DNA from: Tricharina praecox
Lineage: Eukaryota
Direction of reading: 5' to 3'
Length of the DNA: 64,000 nucleotides
NCBI RefSeq assembly: GCF_024521635.1
Contig: NW_026250408.1
Location: 310,001-374,000 of the forward strand
The notes under the pieces were generated by a model. That model was not told the DNA's origin, searched no databases, and saw only the letters and a program-made list of their open reading frames with translations. This document shows positions 24,397-35,355 of the stretch, one piece after another. Made by a program: the position numbers and the translations under genes. Positions within the stretch are counted from its first letter, which is position 1; every line of letters starts with the position of its first letter.

Positions 24397-27300
24397 ACCA
24401 ACAACCGCTTGATGGCACTGTTGTTGGTCGTACCCAGGATAAGTCTTTGTCTCCTATGTCCCCTATTTTTCGTTTGTCTAGTCTTTCAGTGTCAGGAATG
24501 GTTGTGGAAGAATCATCAATGGAAGGAAAACATCTTGTTGTATTGTGTAACCTTTCGTTTGGTGACAAAACTATTGCCACGCATGCGCTGATCGACTGTG
24601 GGGCAACCGGAATTGCATTTGTAGACAAAGACTTCGCCCGCCATCACCACCTACCCCTCGTACCCCTGAAATCCCCGCGAAGTCTCGAAGTCATTGATGG
24701 CCGTCCCATCGAGTCAGGCGACATCACACATGTTGCCACCACCACCCTGTCCATACAGGAATACCACGAGGAAATCCCTATGTTTGTCACCAAACTAGGC
24801 CACTACCCCGTTGTACTCGGAATCCCCTGGATGGACCTCCACGATGTGGCCATCCGGTTCAGCTCCCGAACCCTCACCTTCGGCTCCCAATACTGCACAG
24901 CCAACTGCAATGCGGTGCCCACAGTTGCACATGGAATCACCACCGACCCACCTGACGTATCCACCTATGCTCTCGCGTCAAAAGCAGCTCAGCAAGAGCC
25001 AGCGGTAAGCGCGGGGGCCGGCGACATCGTGGCCCGCTACATTACGTCTCCCCCAAGGAAGAATCACCAAGAATGCACTAACCTTTCAAGGGAAAGCACA
25101 GTCAGAATCTCAGCCTTACAGATGGAGTCATTCCAAGAACTGGTCGACAAGGAAAGCCTCACGATTTTCAACACCACGCTTGCCGAGGTCAACGGCGCAC
25201 TGGAAGGAAACAAGGACCCCACGGCACATATCCCTCACGAATACCACGAGTTCCTACCGCTATTCTCTGAAGCCCTTGCCCAGAACCTGCCCCCGCACCG
25301 ACACTACGACCATAAGATTCCACTCAAGGAGGGATTTACGCCCCCATACGGACCCCTGTACTCACTTTCGAAAACGGAGCTTGTCGCACTGAAGGAATGG
25401 CTTGACGACAACCTCCGCAAAGGTTTCATCCGTGCCTCTTCCTCTCCAGCAGCATCGCCAATCCTGTTTGTCAAGAAATCGGACGGCTCCCTACGCCTGT
25501 GTGTGGATTACAGGGGCCTGAACGAAGGAACAATCAAGAACAGGTACCCACTCCCACTCCTCCAAGAAACTCTGATGCGGCTATCCGGGGCAAAATACTT
25601 CACTACCCTGGATATCCGTGGTGCCTACAACCTTGTGCGGATGGCGGAAGGAGAAGAGTGGAAAACTGCCTTCCGGACACGCTATGGGCTCTTCGAATCC
25701 CTCGTCATGCCCTTCGGCCTCACCAACGCCCCTGCCGACTTCCAAGCTCTGATCAATGATGTGCTACGCCCGTTCCTCGACGGCTTCTGTACCGCATTCA
25801 TCGACGACGTCTTCATTTACAGCGGATCCTTAGATGAACACCGGAAACATGTCAGGAAAGTACTTCAGGCCTTATCAGCAGCCGGTCTGCATCTCAAACC
25901 CGAAAAATGTCATTTCCACCAGACGGAAGTCAAGTATTTGGGACTGATCATTACAACAAACGGGATCAAGATGGACCCATCGAAAGTCTCCTGCATACTG
26001 GAATGGGAGGAGCCGAGTACCGTCACCGATGTGCAATGCTTTCTGGGATTTGCGAACTTCTACCGGCGATTCATCCAAGACTATTCCAAGGTGGTATCCC
26101 CATTGACAGCATTGACCAAGAAGGAGGATGGAAAGTATGTTCCCTTCGTGTGGGGACCGGAACAGCAGAAAGCATTCGACGAACTAAAAACAGCATTCAC
26201 TTCGGCCCCGATCCTCCGGCACTTCGACTACGATCGGCAGATAGTAGTGGAAACCGACGCCTCCGACTACGTCTCTGCTGGCGTCCTATCTCAGTACGAC
26301 GACGAGGGAATCCTGCACCCAGTGGCATTCTATTCCAAGAAACATTCCCCGGCAGAATGCAACTACGAGATCTACGACAAAGAACTCCTCGCAATCGTCC
26401 GCGCCTTTGAGGAGTGGAGACCACACCTGGAGGGCGCTCCTCACCCCATCCAAGTCCTAAGCGACCACAAGAATCTGGAGTATTTCATGACAACGAAACT
26501 ACTCAACCGACGACAAGCGCGATGGTCAGAGTTCCTTTCCCGTTTCCATTTCAAGATTGTCTACCGACCAGGCAAAGCGGGAGGAAAACCGGATGCACTG
26601 ACCAGGAGGTCAGGAGACCTCCCTAAAGAAGGGGATGAAAGACTGCTTGCCAACCAGCAGGCAGTCCTGAAACCGGATAACCTACCGGAAGAGCTCCGGT
26701 TGGCAGCAACCAACACACCCGAACAAGACCGTCCCCTCCTCACGTCACTGATAACAGAAGGCTACGACATAGACCCCGTCCCAAATCGAATCCTCGAGCT
26801 ACTCCGAAATGGTACACGCCACTCGAAGCAGATCTCCTTGGCCGAATGCCGTGAAGTCAACGGGCGACTGATCTACCGAGACTGCCTCTATGTTCCAGAG
26901 TACGACCGACTCCGACTACGACTGATCCAGGACCACCACGGCCCACCGACCATGGGGCACCCAGGGCGCGCAAAAACCCTGGAACTACTTGCTCGAAGGT
27001 ACTACTGGCCACAGATGCGAAAGGACGTTGACCAGTTTGTCCGAAACTGCCACACCTGCCGACGAACCAAGGCCACCCGGCACGCACCCTATGGTGTCCT
27101 GCGCCCCCTCCCAGTACCCGAGAAGCCATGGCAACACATCTCAGTCGACTTTGTCACTGGCTTACCGGCCTCAAAGGGGTTTGACGCCATCTGTGTTTTT
27201 GTTGACCGACTGACCAAGCAACGCCATCTCCTACCATGTACCACGACCATCACCTCGGAAGGACTGGCCGAGCTGTTCTGCGACCGGATCTTCAGGTACC

Positions 27301-28385
27301 ACGGGTTGCCAGAAACCATCGTCTCGGATAGGGGTCCCCAGTTTGCCTCGAGATTCTGGAAACACCTATGCTCATGCCTCAAGATCGAGCCACGCCTGTC
27401 AACTGCCTTCCACCCCCAGACCGGCGGCCAAACCGAACGGATGAACGCCGTCATGGAACAGCACCTCCGTGCGTACGTCAGCTACCTCCAGGATGACTGG
27501 GTCGACTACCTCTTCTTGGCCGAATTCGCCGGCAACAACCAGGTCTCCGACACGACTACCCTGTCCCCATTCTTCGCTAACCTAGGATACCACCCACGGT
27601 GTGACTTTGAGCTGGATATCCGTGTCGACACCAAGGAGGAACATCAAGCTCAGAGTGCAGCGGAACGGTTGCATCAAATCCACGACGTCGCCCGCAGCCA
27701 AATGCGGTATGCCCAGGCACGGCAACAGGACGACTCCGACCGACACCGAACCCCTGCGCCAGCCTTCCAACCAGGCGACATGGTATGGGTGGATGGTCGG
27801 AACTGGCGCACCGAGAGACCCAGTCGCAAGCTGGAAAACAAACACCATGGTCCCTACCGTGTGATTCGGACAATCGGAACCCACGCCTACGAATTGGACA
27901 TCCCGGACACCGTTCAGAAGCACCGAACATTTCCTGTATCCCTCCTTCATGCCTCCGCTGACGATCCCTTCCCTGGACAAATTCCACCGCCACCACTTCC
28001 GGTAATCGTGGACGACCAAGAAGAATGGGAGGTTGAAGAGGTCCTCGACAGCCGGAACCTCAGGGGCAAACTCCAGTACCTGGTGAAATGGAGAGGCTAC
28101 GCGGCACCAACATGGGAACCAGAGGAGAACCTTACCGAGGTACAAGCTGTGGACGACTTCCATCGACGATACCCCATGCAGCCTGGACCAGTCGAACTTG
28201 CTCTCGTGGGAACTCGAGCCTTAGGAGGGACTACTGTCACGGCTCGCGATGGAATGACGAAGGGAGGGTCGGCACAAGGATCGGGAGAGTTGGGGAACAG
28301 TGCAGAGGCAGTGCACCGGCAGTGCAAGGATGAGTCGCAGAGGATTTGGGGCTGTGTGCAGGGAGCAGGGATAGCGCAGCAATGA
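24384..28385 (+). CDS. pol: Pol polyprotein (protease-RT-RNase H-integrase-chromodomain) in the -1 frame, family A
   Basis: ALIDCGAT; LRLCVDYRGLN; MPFGLTNAP; FIDD; ETDAS; HHCC zinc finger; VDFV...IVSDRG...ER; GPY; chromodomain EWEVEEVLD...YLVKWRGY...TWEP. Start given at the predicted slippery site. Confidence 0.96.
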   Translation, partial: GKSLDQQPLDGTVVGRTQDKSLSPMSPIFRLSSLSVSGMVVEESSMEGKHLVVLCNLSFGDKTIATHALIDCGATGIAFVDKDFARHHHLPLVPLKSPRSLEVIDGRPIESGDITHVATTTLSIQEYHEEIPMFVTKLGHYPVVLGIPWMDLHDVAIRFSSRTLTFGSQYCTANCNAVPTVAHGITTDPPDVSTYALASKAAQQEPAVSAGAGDIVARYITSPPRKNHQECTNLSRESTVRISALQMESFQELVDKESLTIFNTTLAEVNGALEGNKDPTAHIPHEYHEFLPLFSEALAQNLPPHRHYDHKIPLKEGFTPPYGPLYSLSKTELVALKEWLDDNLRKGFIRASSSPAASPILFVKKSDGSLRLCVDYRGLNEGTIKNRYPLPLLQETLMRLSGAKYFTTLDIRGAYNLVRMAEGEEWKTAFRTRYGLFESLVMPFGLTNAPADFQALINDVLRPFLDGFCTAFIDDVFIYSGSLDEHRKHVRKVLQALSAAGLHLKPEKCHFHQTEVKYLGLIITTNGIKMDPSKVSCILEWEEPSTVTDVQCFLGFANFYRRFIQDYSKVVSPLTALTKKEDGKYVPFVWGPEQQKAFDELKTAFTSAPILRHFDYDRQIVVETDASDYVSAGVLSQYDDEGILHPVAFYSKKHSPAECNYEIYDKELLAIVRAFEEWRPHLEGAPHPIQVLSDHKNLEYFMTTKLLNRRQARWSEFLSRFHFKIVYRPGKAGGKPDALTRRSGDLPKEGDERLLANQQAVLKPDNLPEELRLAATNTPEQDRPLLTSLITEGYDIDPVPNRILELLRNGTRHSKQISLAECREVNGRLIYRDCLYVPEYDRLRLRLIQDHHGPPTMGHPGRAKTLELLARRYYWPQMRKDVDQFVRNCHTCRRTKATRHAPYGVLRPLPVPEKPWQHISVDFVTGLPASKGFDAICVFVDRLTKQRHLLPCTTTITSEGLAELFCDRIFRYHGLPETIVSDRGPQFASRFWKHLCSCLKIEPRLSTAFHPQTGGQTERMNAVMEQHLRAYVSYLQDDWVDYLFLAEFAGNNQVSDTTTLSPFFANLGYHPRCDFELDIRVDTKEEHQAQSAAERLHQIHDVARSQMRYAQARQQDDSDRHRTPAPAFQPGDMVWVDGRNWRTERPSRKLENKHHGPYRVIRTIGTHAYELDIPDTVQKHRTFPVSLLHASADDPFPGQIPPPPLPVIVDDQEEWEVEEVLDSRNLRGKLQYLVKWRGYAAPTWEPEENLTEVQAVDDFHRRYPMQPGPVELALVGTRALGGTTVTARDGMTKGGSAQGSGELGNSAEAVHRQCKDESQRIWGCVQGAGIAQQ

Positions 28386-28798
28386 GTCGCAGGAGATTGG
28401 GGCTGTGTGCAGGAAACAGGGGTAGTGCGGCTGCGCAGGGTATGAGTCACGGAAGTGGGGTACTGGCAAGGTGGATTTCTCAGGGTCTGGCACACGCCCA
28501 CGGTCATTGTCAGGTTGCGGGAAGAAGTGGAGGATTTTCTATATAAACGGGCCGTTGCCCCTCTGTATTTAGTTCTTCACGCAACAACTTGTTAATTCAA
28601 CCACTGTTACCTCTGTCCTTGCCTCGGCTGCCGTCTGCGCCGTAGTCCTTGTCCCTGCCTCTGTTCTCAGTTGCCGTCTGCACTGAGCCCTGCCTCACCT
28701 TGTTCCCCGAACCCGTCTCGCCTCGACCGAACCCAGAACCCGTTCCCCAGCCCGACTTCGCTACCTGGAGCCTTGCCCGACCGTGCCGTTACATAGTG

Positions 28799-29244
28799 CA
28801 GACGGCAACTGAAAACAGAGGCAGGGACAAGGACTACGGCGCAGACGGCAGCCGAGGCAAGGACAGAGGTAACAGTGATTGAATTAACAAGTTGTTGCGT
28901 GAAGAACTAAATACAGAGGGGCAACGGCCCGTTTATATAGAAAATCCTCCACTTCTTCCCGCAACCTGACAATGACCGTGGGCGTGTGCCAGACCCTGAG
29001 AAATCCACTTTGCCAGTACCCCACTTCCGTGACTCACACCCTGCGCAGCCGCACTACCCCTGCTTCCTGCACACAGCCCCAATATCCTGCGACTCATTAC
29101 TGCGCTATCCCTGCTCCCTGCACACAGCCCCAAATCCTCTGCGACTCATCCTTGCACTGCCGGTGCACTGCCTCTGCACTGCCCCCCAATTTTCCCGATC
29201 CTTGTGCCGACCATCCCTTCGTCATTCCGTCGTGAGCCGTGACA
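28799..29244 (-). repeat. Remainder of the minus-strand family-A LTR interrupted by A1 (joins 22489-22601)
   Basis: Sequence resumes exactly after the TSD and ends in ...CCGTGACA. Confidence 0.9.
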
Positions 29245-31804
29245 CATTCGGCCAAGGACATCTCCTTCGAGTGGCGTGTACCATTTCGGAGTAGCTCGAG
29301 GATTCGATTTGGGACGGGGTCTATGTCGTAGCCTTCTGTTATCAGTGACGTGAGGAGGGGACGGTGTTGTTCGGGTGTGTTGGTTGCTGCCAACCGGAGC
29401 TCTTCCGGTAGGTTGTCCGGTTTCAGGACCGCCTGCTGGTTGGCAAGCAATCTTTCATCCCCTTCTTTAGGGAGGTCTCCTGACCTCCTGGTCAGTGCAT
29501 CCGGTTTTCCTCCCGCTTTGCCTGGTCGGTAGACAATCTTGAAATGGAAACGGGAAAGGAACTCTGACCATCGCGCTTGTCGTCGGTTGAGTAGTTTCGT
29601 TGTCATGAAATACTCCAGATTCTTGTGGTCGCTTAGGACTTGGATGGGGTGAGGAGCGCCCTCCAGATGTGGTCTCCACTCCTCAAAGGCGCGGATGATT
29701 GCAAGGAGTTCTTTGTCATAGATCTCGTAGTTGCATTCTGCCGGGGAGTGTTTCTTGGAATAGAATGCCACTGGGTGCAGGATTCCCTCGTCGTCGTACT
29801 GAGATAGGACTCCGGCAGAGACGTAGTCGGAGGCGTCAGTTTCCACTACTATCTGCCGATCGTAGTGGAAGTGCCAGAGGATCGGGGCCGAGGTAAATGC
29901 TGTTTTTAGTTCGTCGAATGCTTTCTGCTGTTCCGGTCCCCACACGAAGGGAACATACTTTCCATCCTCCTTCTTGGTCAATGCTGTCAGTGGGGATACC
30001 ACCTTGGAATAGTCTTGGATGAATCGCCGGTAGAAGTTCGCAAATCCCAGAAAGCATTGCACATCGGTGACGGTACTCGGCTCCTCCCATTCCAGTATGC
30101 AGGAGACTTTCGCTGGGTCCATCTTGATCCCGTTTGTTGTAATGATCAGTCCCAAATACTTGACTTCCGTCTGGTGGAAATGACATTTTTCAGGTTTGAG
30201 ATGTAGACCGGCTGCTGATAAGGCCTGAAGTACTTTCCTGACATGTTTCCGGTGTTCATCTAAGGATCCGCTGTAAATGAAGACGTCATCGATGAATGCG
30301 GTACAGAAGTCGTCGAGGAACGGGCGTAGCACATCGTTGATCAGAGCTTGGAAGTCGGCAGGGGCGTTGGTGAGGCCGAAGGGCATGACGAGGGATTCGA
30401 AGAGCCCATAGCGTGTCCGGAAGGCAGTTTTCCACTCTTCTCCTTCCGCCATCCGCACAAGGTTGTAGGCACCGCGGATATCCAGGGTGGTGAAGTATTT
30501 TGCCCCGGATAGCCGCATCAGAGTTTCTTGGAGGAGTGGGAGTGGGTACCTGTTCTTGATTGTTCCTCCGTTCAGGCCCCTGTAATCCACACACAGGCGT
30601 AGGGAGCCGTCCGATTTCTTGACAAACAGGATTGGCGATGCTGCTGGAGAGGAAGAGGCACGGATGAAACCTTTGCGGAGGTTGTCGTCAAGCCATTCCT
30701 TCAGTACGACAAGCTCCGTTTTCGAAAGTGAGTACAGGGGTCCGTATGGGGGCATAAATCCCTCCTTGAGTGGAATCTTATGGCCGTAGTGTCGGTGCGG
30801 GGGCAAGTTCTGGGCAAGGGCTTCAGAGAATAGCGGTAGGAACTCGTGGTATTCGTGAGGGATATGTGCCGTGGGGTCCTTGTTTCCTTCCAGTGCGCCG
30901 TTGACCTCGGCAAGCGTGGTGTTGAAAATCGTGAGGCTTTCCTTGTCGACCAGTTCTTGGAATGACTCCATCTGTAAGGCTGAGATTCTGACTGTGCTTT
31001 CCCTTGAAAGGTTAGTGCATTCTTGGTGATTCTTCCTTGGGGGAGACGTAATGTAGCGGGCCACGATGTCGCCGGCCCCCGCGCTTACCGCTGGCTCTTG
31101 CTGAGCTGCTTTTGACGCGAGAGCATAGGTAGATACGTCAGGCGGGTCGGTGGTGATTCCATGTGCAACTGTGGGCACCGCATTGCAATTGGCTGTGCAG
31201 TATTGAGAGCCGAAGGTGAGGGTTCGGGAGCTGAACCGGATGGCCACATCGTGGAGGTCCATCCAGGGGATTCCGAGTACAACGGGGTAGTGGCCTAGTT
31301 TGGTGACAAACATAGGGATTTCCTCGTGGTGTTCCTGTATGGACAGGGTGGTGGTGGCAACATGTGTGATGTCGCCTGACTCGATGGGACGGCCATCGAT
31401 GACTTCTAGACTTCGCGGGGATTTCAGGGGTACGAGGGGTAGGTGGTGATGGCGGGCGAAGTCTTTGTCTACAAATGCAATTCCGGTTGCCCCACAGTTG
31501 ATCAGCGCATGCGTGGCAATAGTTTTGTCACCAAACGAAAGGTTACACAATACAACAAGATGTTTTCCTTCCATTGATGATTCTTCCACAACCATTCCTG
31601 ACACTGAGAGACTAGACAAACGAAAAATAGGGGACATAGGAGACAAAGACTTATCCTGGGTACGACCAACAACAGTGCCATCAAGCGGTTGTTGGTCTAG
31701 GCTTTTCCCGACTGCTGGGAGGTCTCGCCGCAATCCTGGTTGCAGTTGTGATAGGTGTGAGCCGGGGTGGTGTTGGTGGGCTGGGCTGACTCCAGCCGGG
31801 CAAC
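29245..31804 (-). mobile_element. Truncated family-A internal region, copy A2 (gag end, protease, RT, RNase H)
   Basis: Near-identical to A1 ~24290-26848. The protease catalytic Asp is mutated (ALINCG). Cut by an A LTR at one end and by the TRIM at the other. Confidence 0.95.
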
Positions 31805-32213
31805 TGTCACAGTTCAGAAATCCTGGCCTTAAGTAGCTACTGGGATAATGGCCATCAGCCATCAAAATACCTTTTGGTCGAGTGGTATAGTACTTTCCCA
31901 GTGTACTTTATTACAGTTTGATGGCTGCAAAGGTCATGAGTTCAATTCCCACTGTGAGCAGTTACATTCCTCTGCTGCAGCGTTGTTCAGGAATTGCATG
32001 GCTTACAGTGAGTGACGGTTCATGATTGTTATCATGTATTATCACTCATTGGGGGTTAACTACTTGAAGGCTTCCTGGAGTAAGCCCCTAAAGAGGGGAT
32101 ACTGTCACAGTTCAGAAATCCTGGCCTTAAGTAGCTACTGGGATGATGGCCATCAGCCATCAAAATACCTTTTGGTCGAGTGGTATAGTACTTTCCCAGT
32201 GTACTTTATTACA
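31805..32213 (+). mobile_element. TRIM (409-bp non-autonomous LTR retrotransposon) with tRNA-type Pol III promoter boxes
   Basis: 111-bp LTRs 31805-31915 and 32103-32213 (TGTCAC...TTACA, 1 difference), 187-bp non-coding interior, PPT aaagagggga 32090-32099. A box 31875-31885, B box 31939-31949. Confidence 0.9.
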
Positions 32214-32623
32214 CGCACTACCCCTGCTTCCTGCACACAGCCCCAATCTCCTGCGACTCATTGCTGCGCTATCCCTGCTCCCTGCACACAGCCCCAAATC
32301 CTCTGCGGCTCATCCTTGCACTGCCGGTGCACTGCCTCTGCACTGCCCCCCAACTCTCCCGATCCTTGTGACGACCCTCCCTTCGTCATTCCATCGCGAG
32401 CCGTGACACTGGCACACTCCCACGGTCATTGTCAGGTTGCGGGAAGAAGTGGAGGATTTTGTAACGGCACGGTTGGGCAAGGCTGCAGGTAGCGAAGCCG
32501 GGCTGGGGATCGGGTTCTGCCTTCGGTAGAGGCAAGACGGGTTCAGAGGACAAGGTAAGGCAGAGCTCAGTGCAGAAGGCAACTGAGAACAGAGGCAGGG
32601 ACAAGGACTACGGCGCAGACGGC
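32214..32623. repeat. Family-A LTR fragments: 32214-32408 (-), 32409-32459 (+), 32460-32623 (-)
   Basis: Direct similarity to the A1 LTR, with LTR termini at the junctions. Confidence 0.88.
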
Positions 32624-33351
32624 TGTGACACCCCGATAGGTATCGGAGGTCACGACGGTCGCAAGAGATGTGATTAGATAGTTCGGGTGATTAGAATAGA
32701 GTTGCGAGCCGAAAGGATAGTTAGAAGCGATCAAGGACAAGATAGGAAGGAGGGAGCAAACGGATTCCAGAGTCTAGACAGTGATCGGAGATGCGGGTTA
32801 TCGGGATAACAGTCCAGAGGACTTTGAGATCTCCGATCATAGGGCCCCGCAGTAGGAGCTCCGATCCAGGAAAAAACTGTTATGACGAGAGAATCGAACA
32901 TCGACCGATGGGGGCAGACAACTTCGAGCGAAGAACTCTGCCGGCGCATGAGGGAGATAATTGCTCGGAAACTCCGATCTATCTTGGGCGCGTGGTGTTT
33001 ACCACCTGCCTAGTCGAGAAGACTATCCGAAGAGAGCTGACGACGACTCAAGGCTAGGCCGCGGAACTCCGATGCAAAGGAAGCAACGGAGCTACGTTAG
33101 GCCGCACTCTAGAGGAATCACGTGCTGAGGAACGGGACGACTATAAGTCGAACCGAGCGGGCAACCGAACAAACTACAATCATCGCACCGAACAAACCAT
33201 CGAACAAACACCCTTAAGATTATTCCGCTGTGAATTATCGAAATCCCTGACTTTTATTCTATCCTCGATTTTACTATAGACTCCGACGACACAAACCCGT
33301 CCCAGTCTCACACTATAATCTTAAGGTTACAGTCACCGATTTCTATCGAAA

Positions 33352-35355
33352 ATGTCCTCCTCAAACCTCGACATGCTCCGCCTCGAACTTCCTCAGACCC
33401 TGAGCAATGCGCTCGTTAGCATCCCGCAAGCATCCGAAACCGTCGAAGTACGAAACCCGGCAGCCTGGCTCAGGCTGATGAACCACCAATACCAAACGGC
33501 ACAAAGAGACCTGCGCCAGCTTTACCAAGCATGCGATCAGAAGTTCAACGAAGAGGACTCCCGAATGCAGGAAATCAGAAGGAACTACGAACAACTCTGC
33601 GATGGGGTCAAGTATGTGTACAACCTCTACGCTCACAACGCCGAAATGAATACAGAATGGCTTCGAACCGAGCTGTCAACGGTAGCGAACGCGACGCACG
33701 CCCTGAGCAGCGACGTATGGGCAGTCATTCGAGAACGTAACCAGAAAGACGAAGACAACCGCGAGTTGCAAAGCGTCGCAAAGACTCGGCTACAAGACGC
33801 CATCGTGTTCCTCGAAACGGCGCAAGTCGAACAACGCAGGGAGCAAGCGGTGTACAACCGCAACGTGGAAAATTGGGCAGGGAAACAGGAAGAGAAGGCA
33901 GAATACCTCTACAAGGAGCAACAGCGAATCAAGGAAAAAATCGCTCGAGCAGAGAAAAAATTGAAGGCTGTAGAGGTAAGGACAGGGAAGGCGAAGGAAA
34001 AGGCCCCGGAGTGGGTAAACACTACCCCATGAGGAGGATCGCGGGCAGAAAGATCAGCAACAAGGGAAACTCCGGCAGGTGCAGGAATGTCCCCTCCTCC
34101 TCCACCCCCAAGACGTCCGGTGACTAACCTTGGAGGTGATCCCACGGATGAGGAACCATCGGATGATGACGGTTCCATCCCCTTGCCGCGTCGTTCGCCG
34201 CCCCGTCACCGACACGCTCCGCTACCAAGAGAAGACGACGAAGACGAAGAGAGTCGCTTCGCTCGGATCATCGCTGCTGCCGTCTCCGCATCGAACCCGA
34301 GGGCCATCAAGCTTAAAATGAAAGAGCCCAAGCCGTTCGATGGCAAGCAAAGAACAGCCTTCCGTCCATGGTGGGACTCAGTTGAAGAATATCTTGAGTT
34401 CCACCCAGAGACAAACGAGCAGCAGAAGATAGCGTGGGTGGGATCCCGACTGGAAGGGACAGCGGCAGAATGGCATCAGGCCCGTCGAAAAAGCCTGAGG
34501 CAGCTACACTTGGAAGATACCTGGCAGGCGTACCAAGAGGCACTCAAGGAGGCGTACCGCGACACGCAGGAAGGAGCGAACGCATTAAGAAGGATGTGGG
34601 CCCTCGAATACAAAGGAGACATTCAGGCTTACATGACCTCCTTCCGATCGCTCAACATGATCGCTCGCGCCACCGGCGAACCGCTACAAGACATAGTCAA
34701 CCAGGCCATGACTACCGACATCGTTGATATGTGCTTCAACCAGCACACCGAACCCTACGAAGACGATGAAGACTTCCTGGAAACGGTGCTCAGGGCTGGC
34801 AACCATGTGGAACGACGGGACGCGCTGAAAAAGGCAAGGGCAATGAGGAAAGGGGGATCGGGTAGCCAGGGTTCCGGCGGCGACCGGAAGGGACCTGGCA
34901 ACGGCCGGCAGGGCCAAGGAAAGGGAAGAGACCCCGGGGGCCGCAAGGAAAGCGGGGAGTCCCCGGAGGGCCGAAAGGCCAAGGAAGCAACAGGAGTCAG
35001 GAAGGGAAGGACAAGGGAAGGGGACATCTACGCAGGAGCAAAGGAGGCTCTGGTAAGGGTTCCCCAGAAGGAGATCGATGCCCACAAAGCATCCAAGTGC
35101 GACTGTTGGCGTTGCGGACGAGACGGCCACCGAACCTTCCAATGCTACGCCAGAAAAACAGTCGCGGGTACCGAACTCCCCGAGAGTCCAAAGGTGTCAT
35201 CCGTGACAAAGAGAAAGCGGGACACCCAGGATGCCGAACCCACTCGACCGAGGTCCAAGCAACACAAGGCTGCGGCGGTTGTGGTGGAGGATGAAGCAAT
35301 GACGGAGGCCCCTCCATTCTGGGAAAGGAATGAGAGTGAGCCGGAGGATTTTTGA
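33352..35355 (+). pseudogene. gag: Family-B gag with long N-terminal coiled-coil region, interrupted by in-frame TGA at 34030-34032
   Basis: ORFs 33352-34032 and 34087-35355 are in the same frame with only one stop between them. KEPKPFDG; CWRCGRDGHRTFQC. Confidence 0.85.

Larger units (their letters stand above)
22602..28793 (+). mobile_element. Full-length Ty3/Gypsy chromovirus, family A copy A1 (6192 bp)
   Basis: 559-bp LTRs 22602-23160 and 28235-28793 (TG...CA, about 4 differences seen). TSD CAGTG/TAGTG, PPT aggaggga 28223-28230, intact gag and pol ORFs. Confidence 0.97.
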
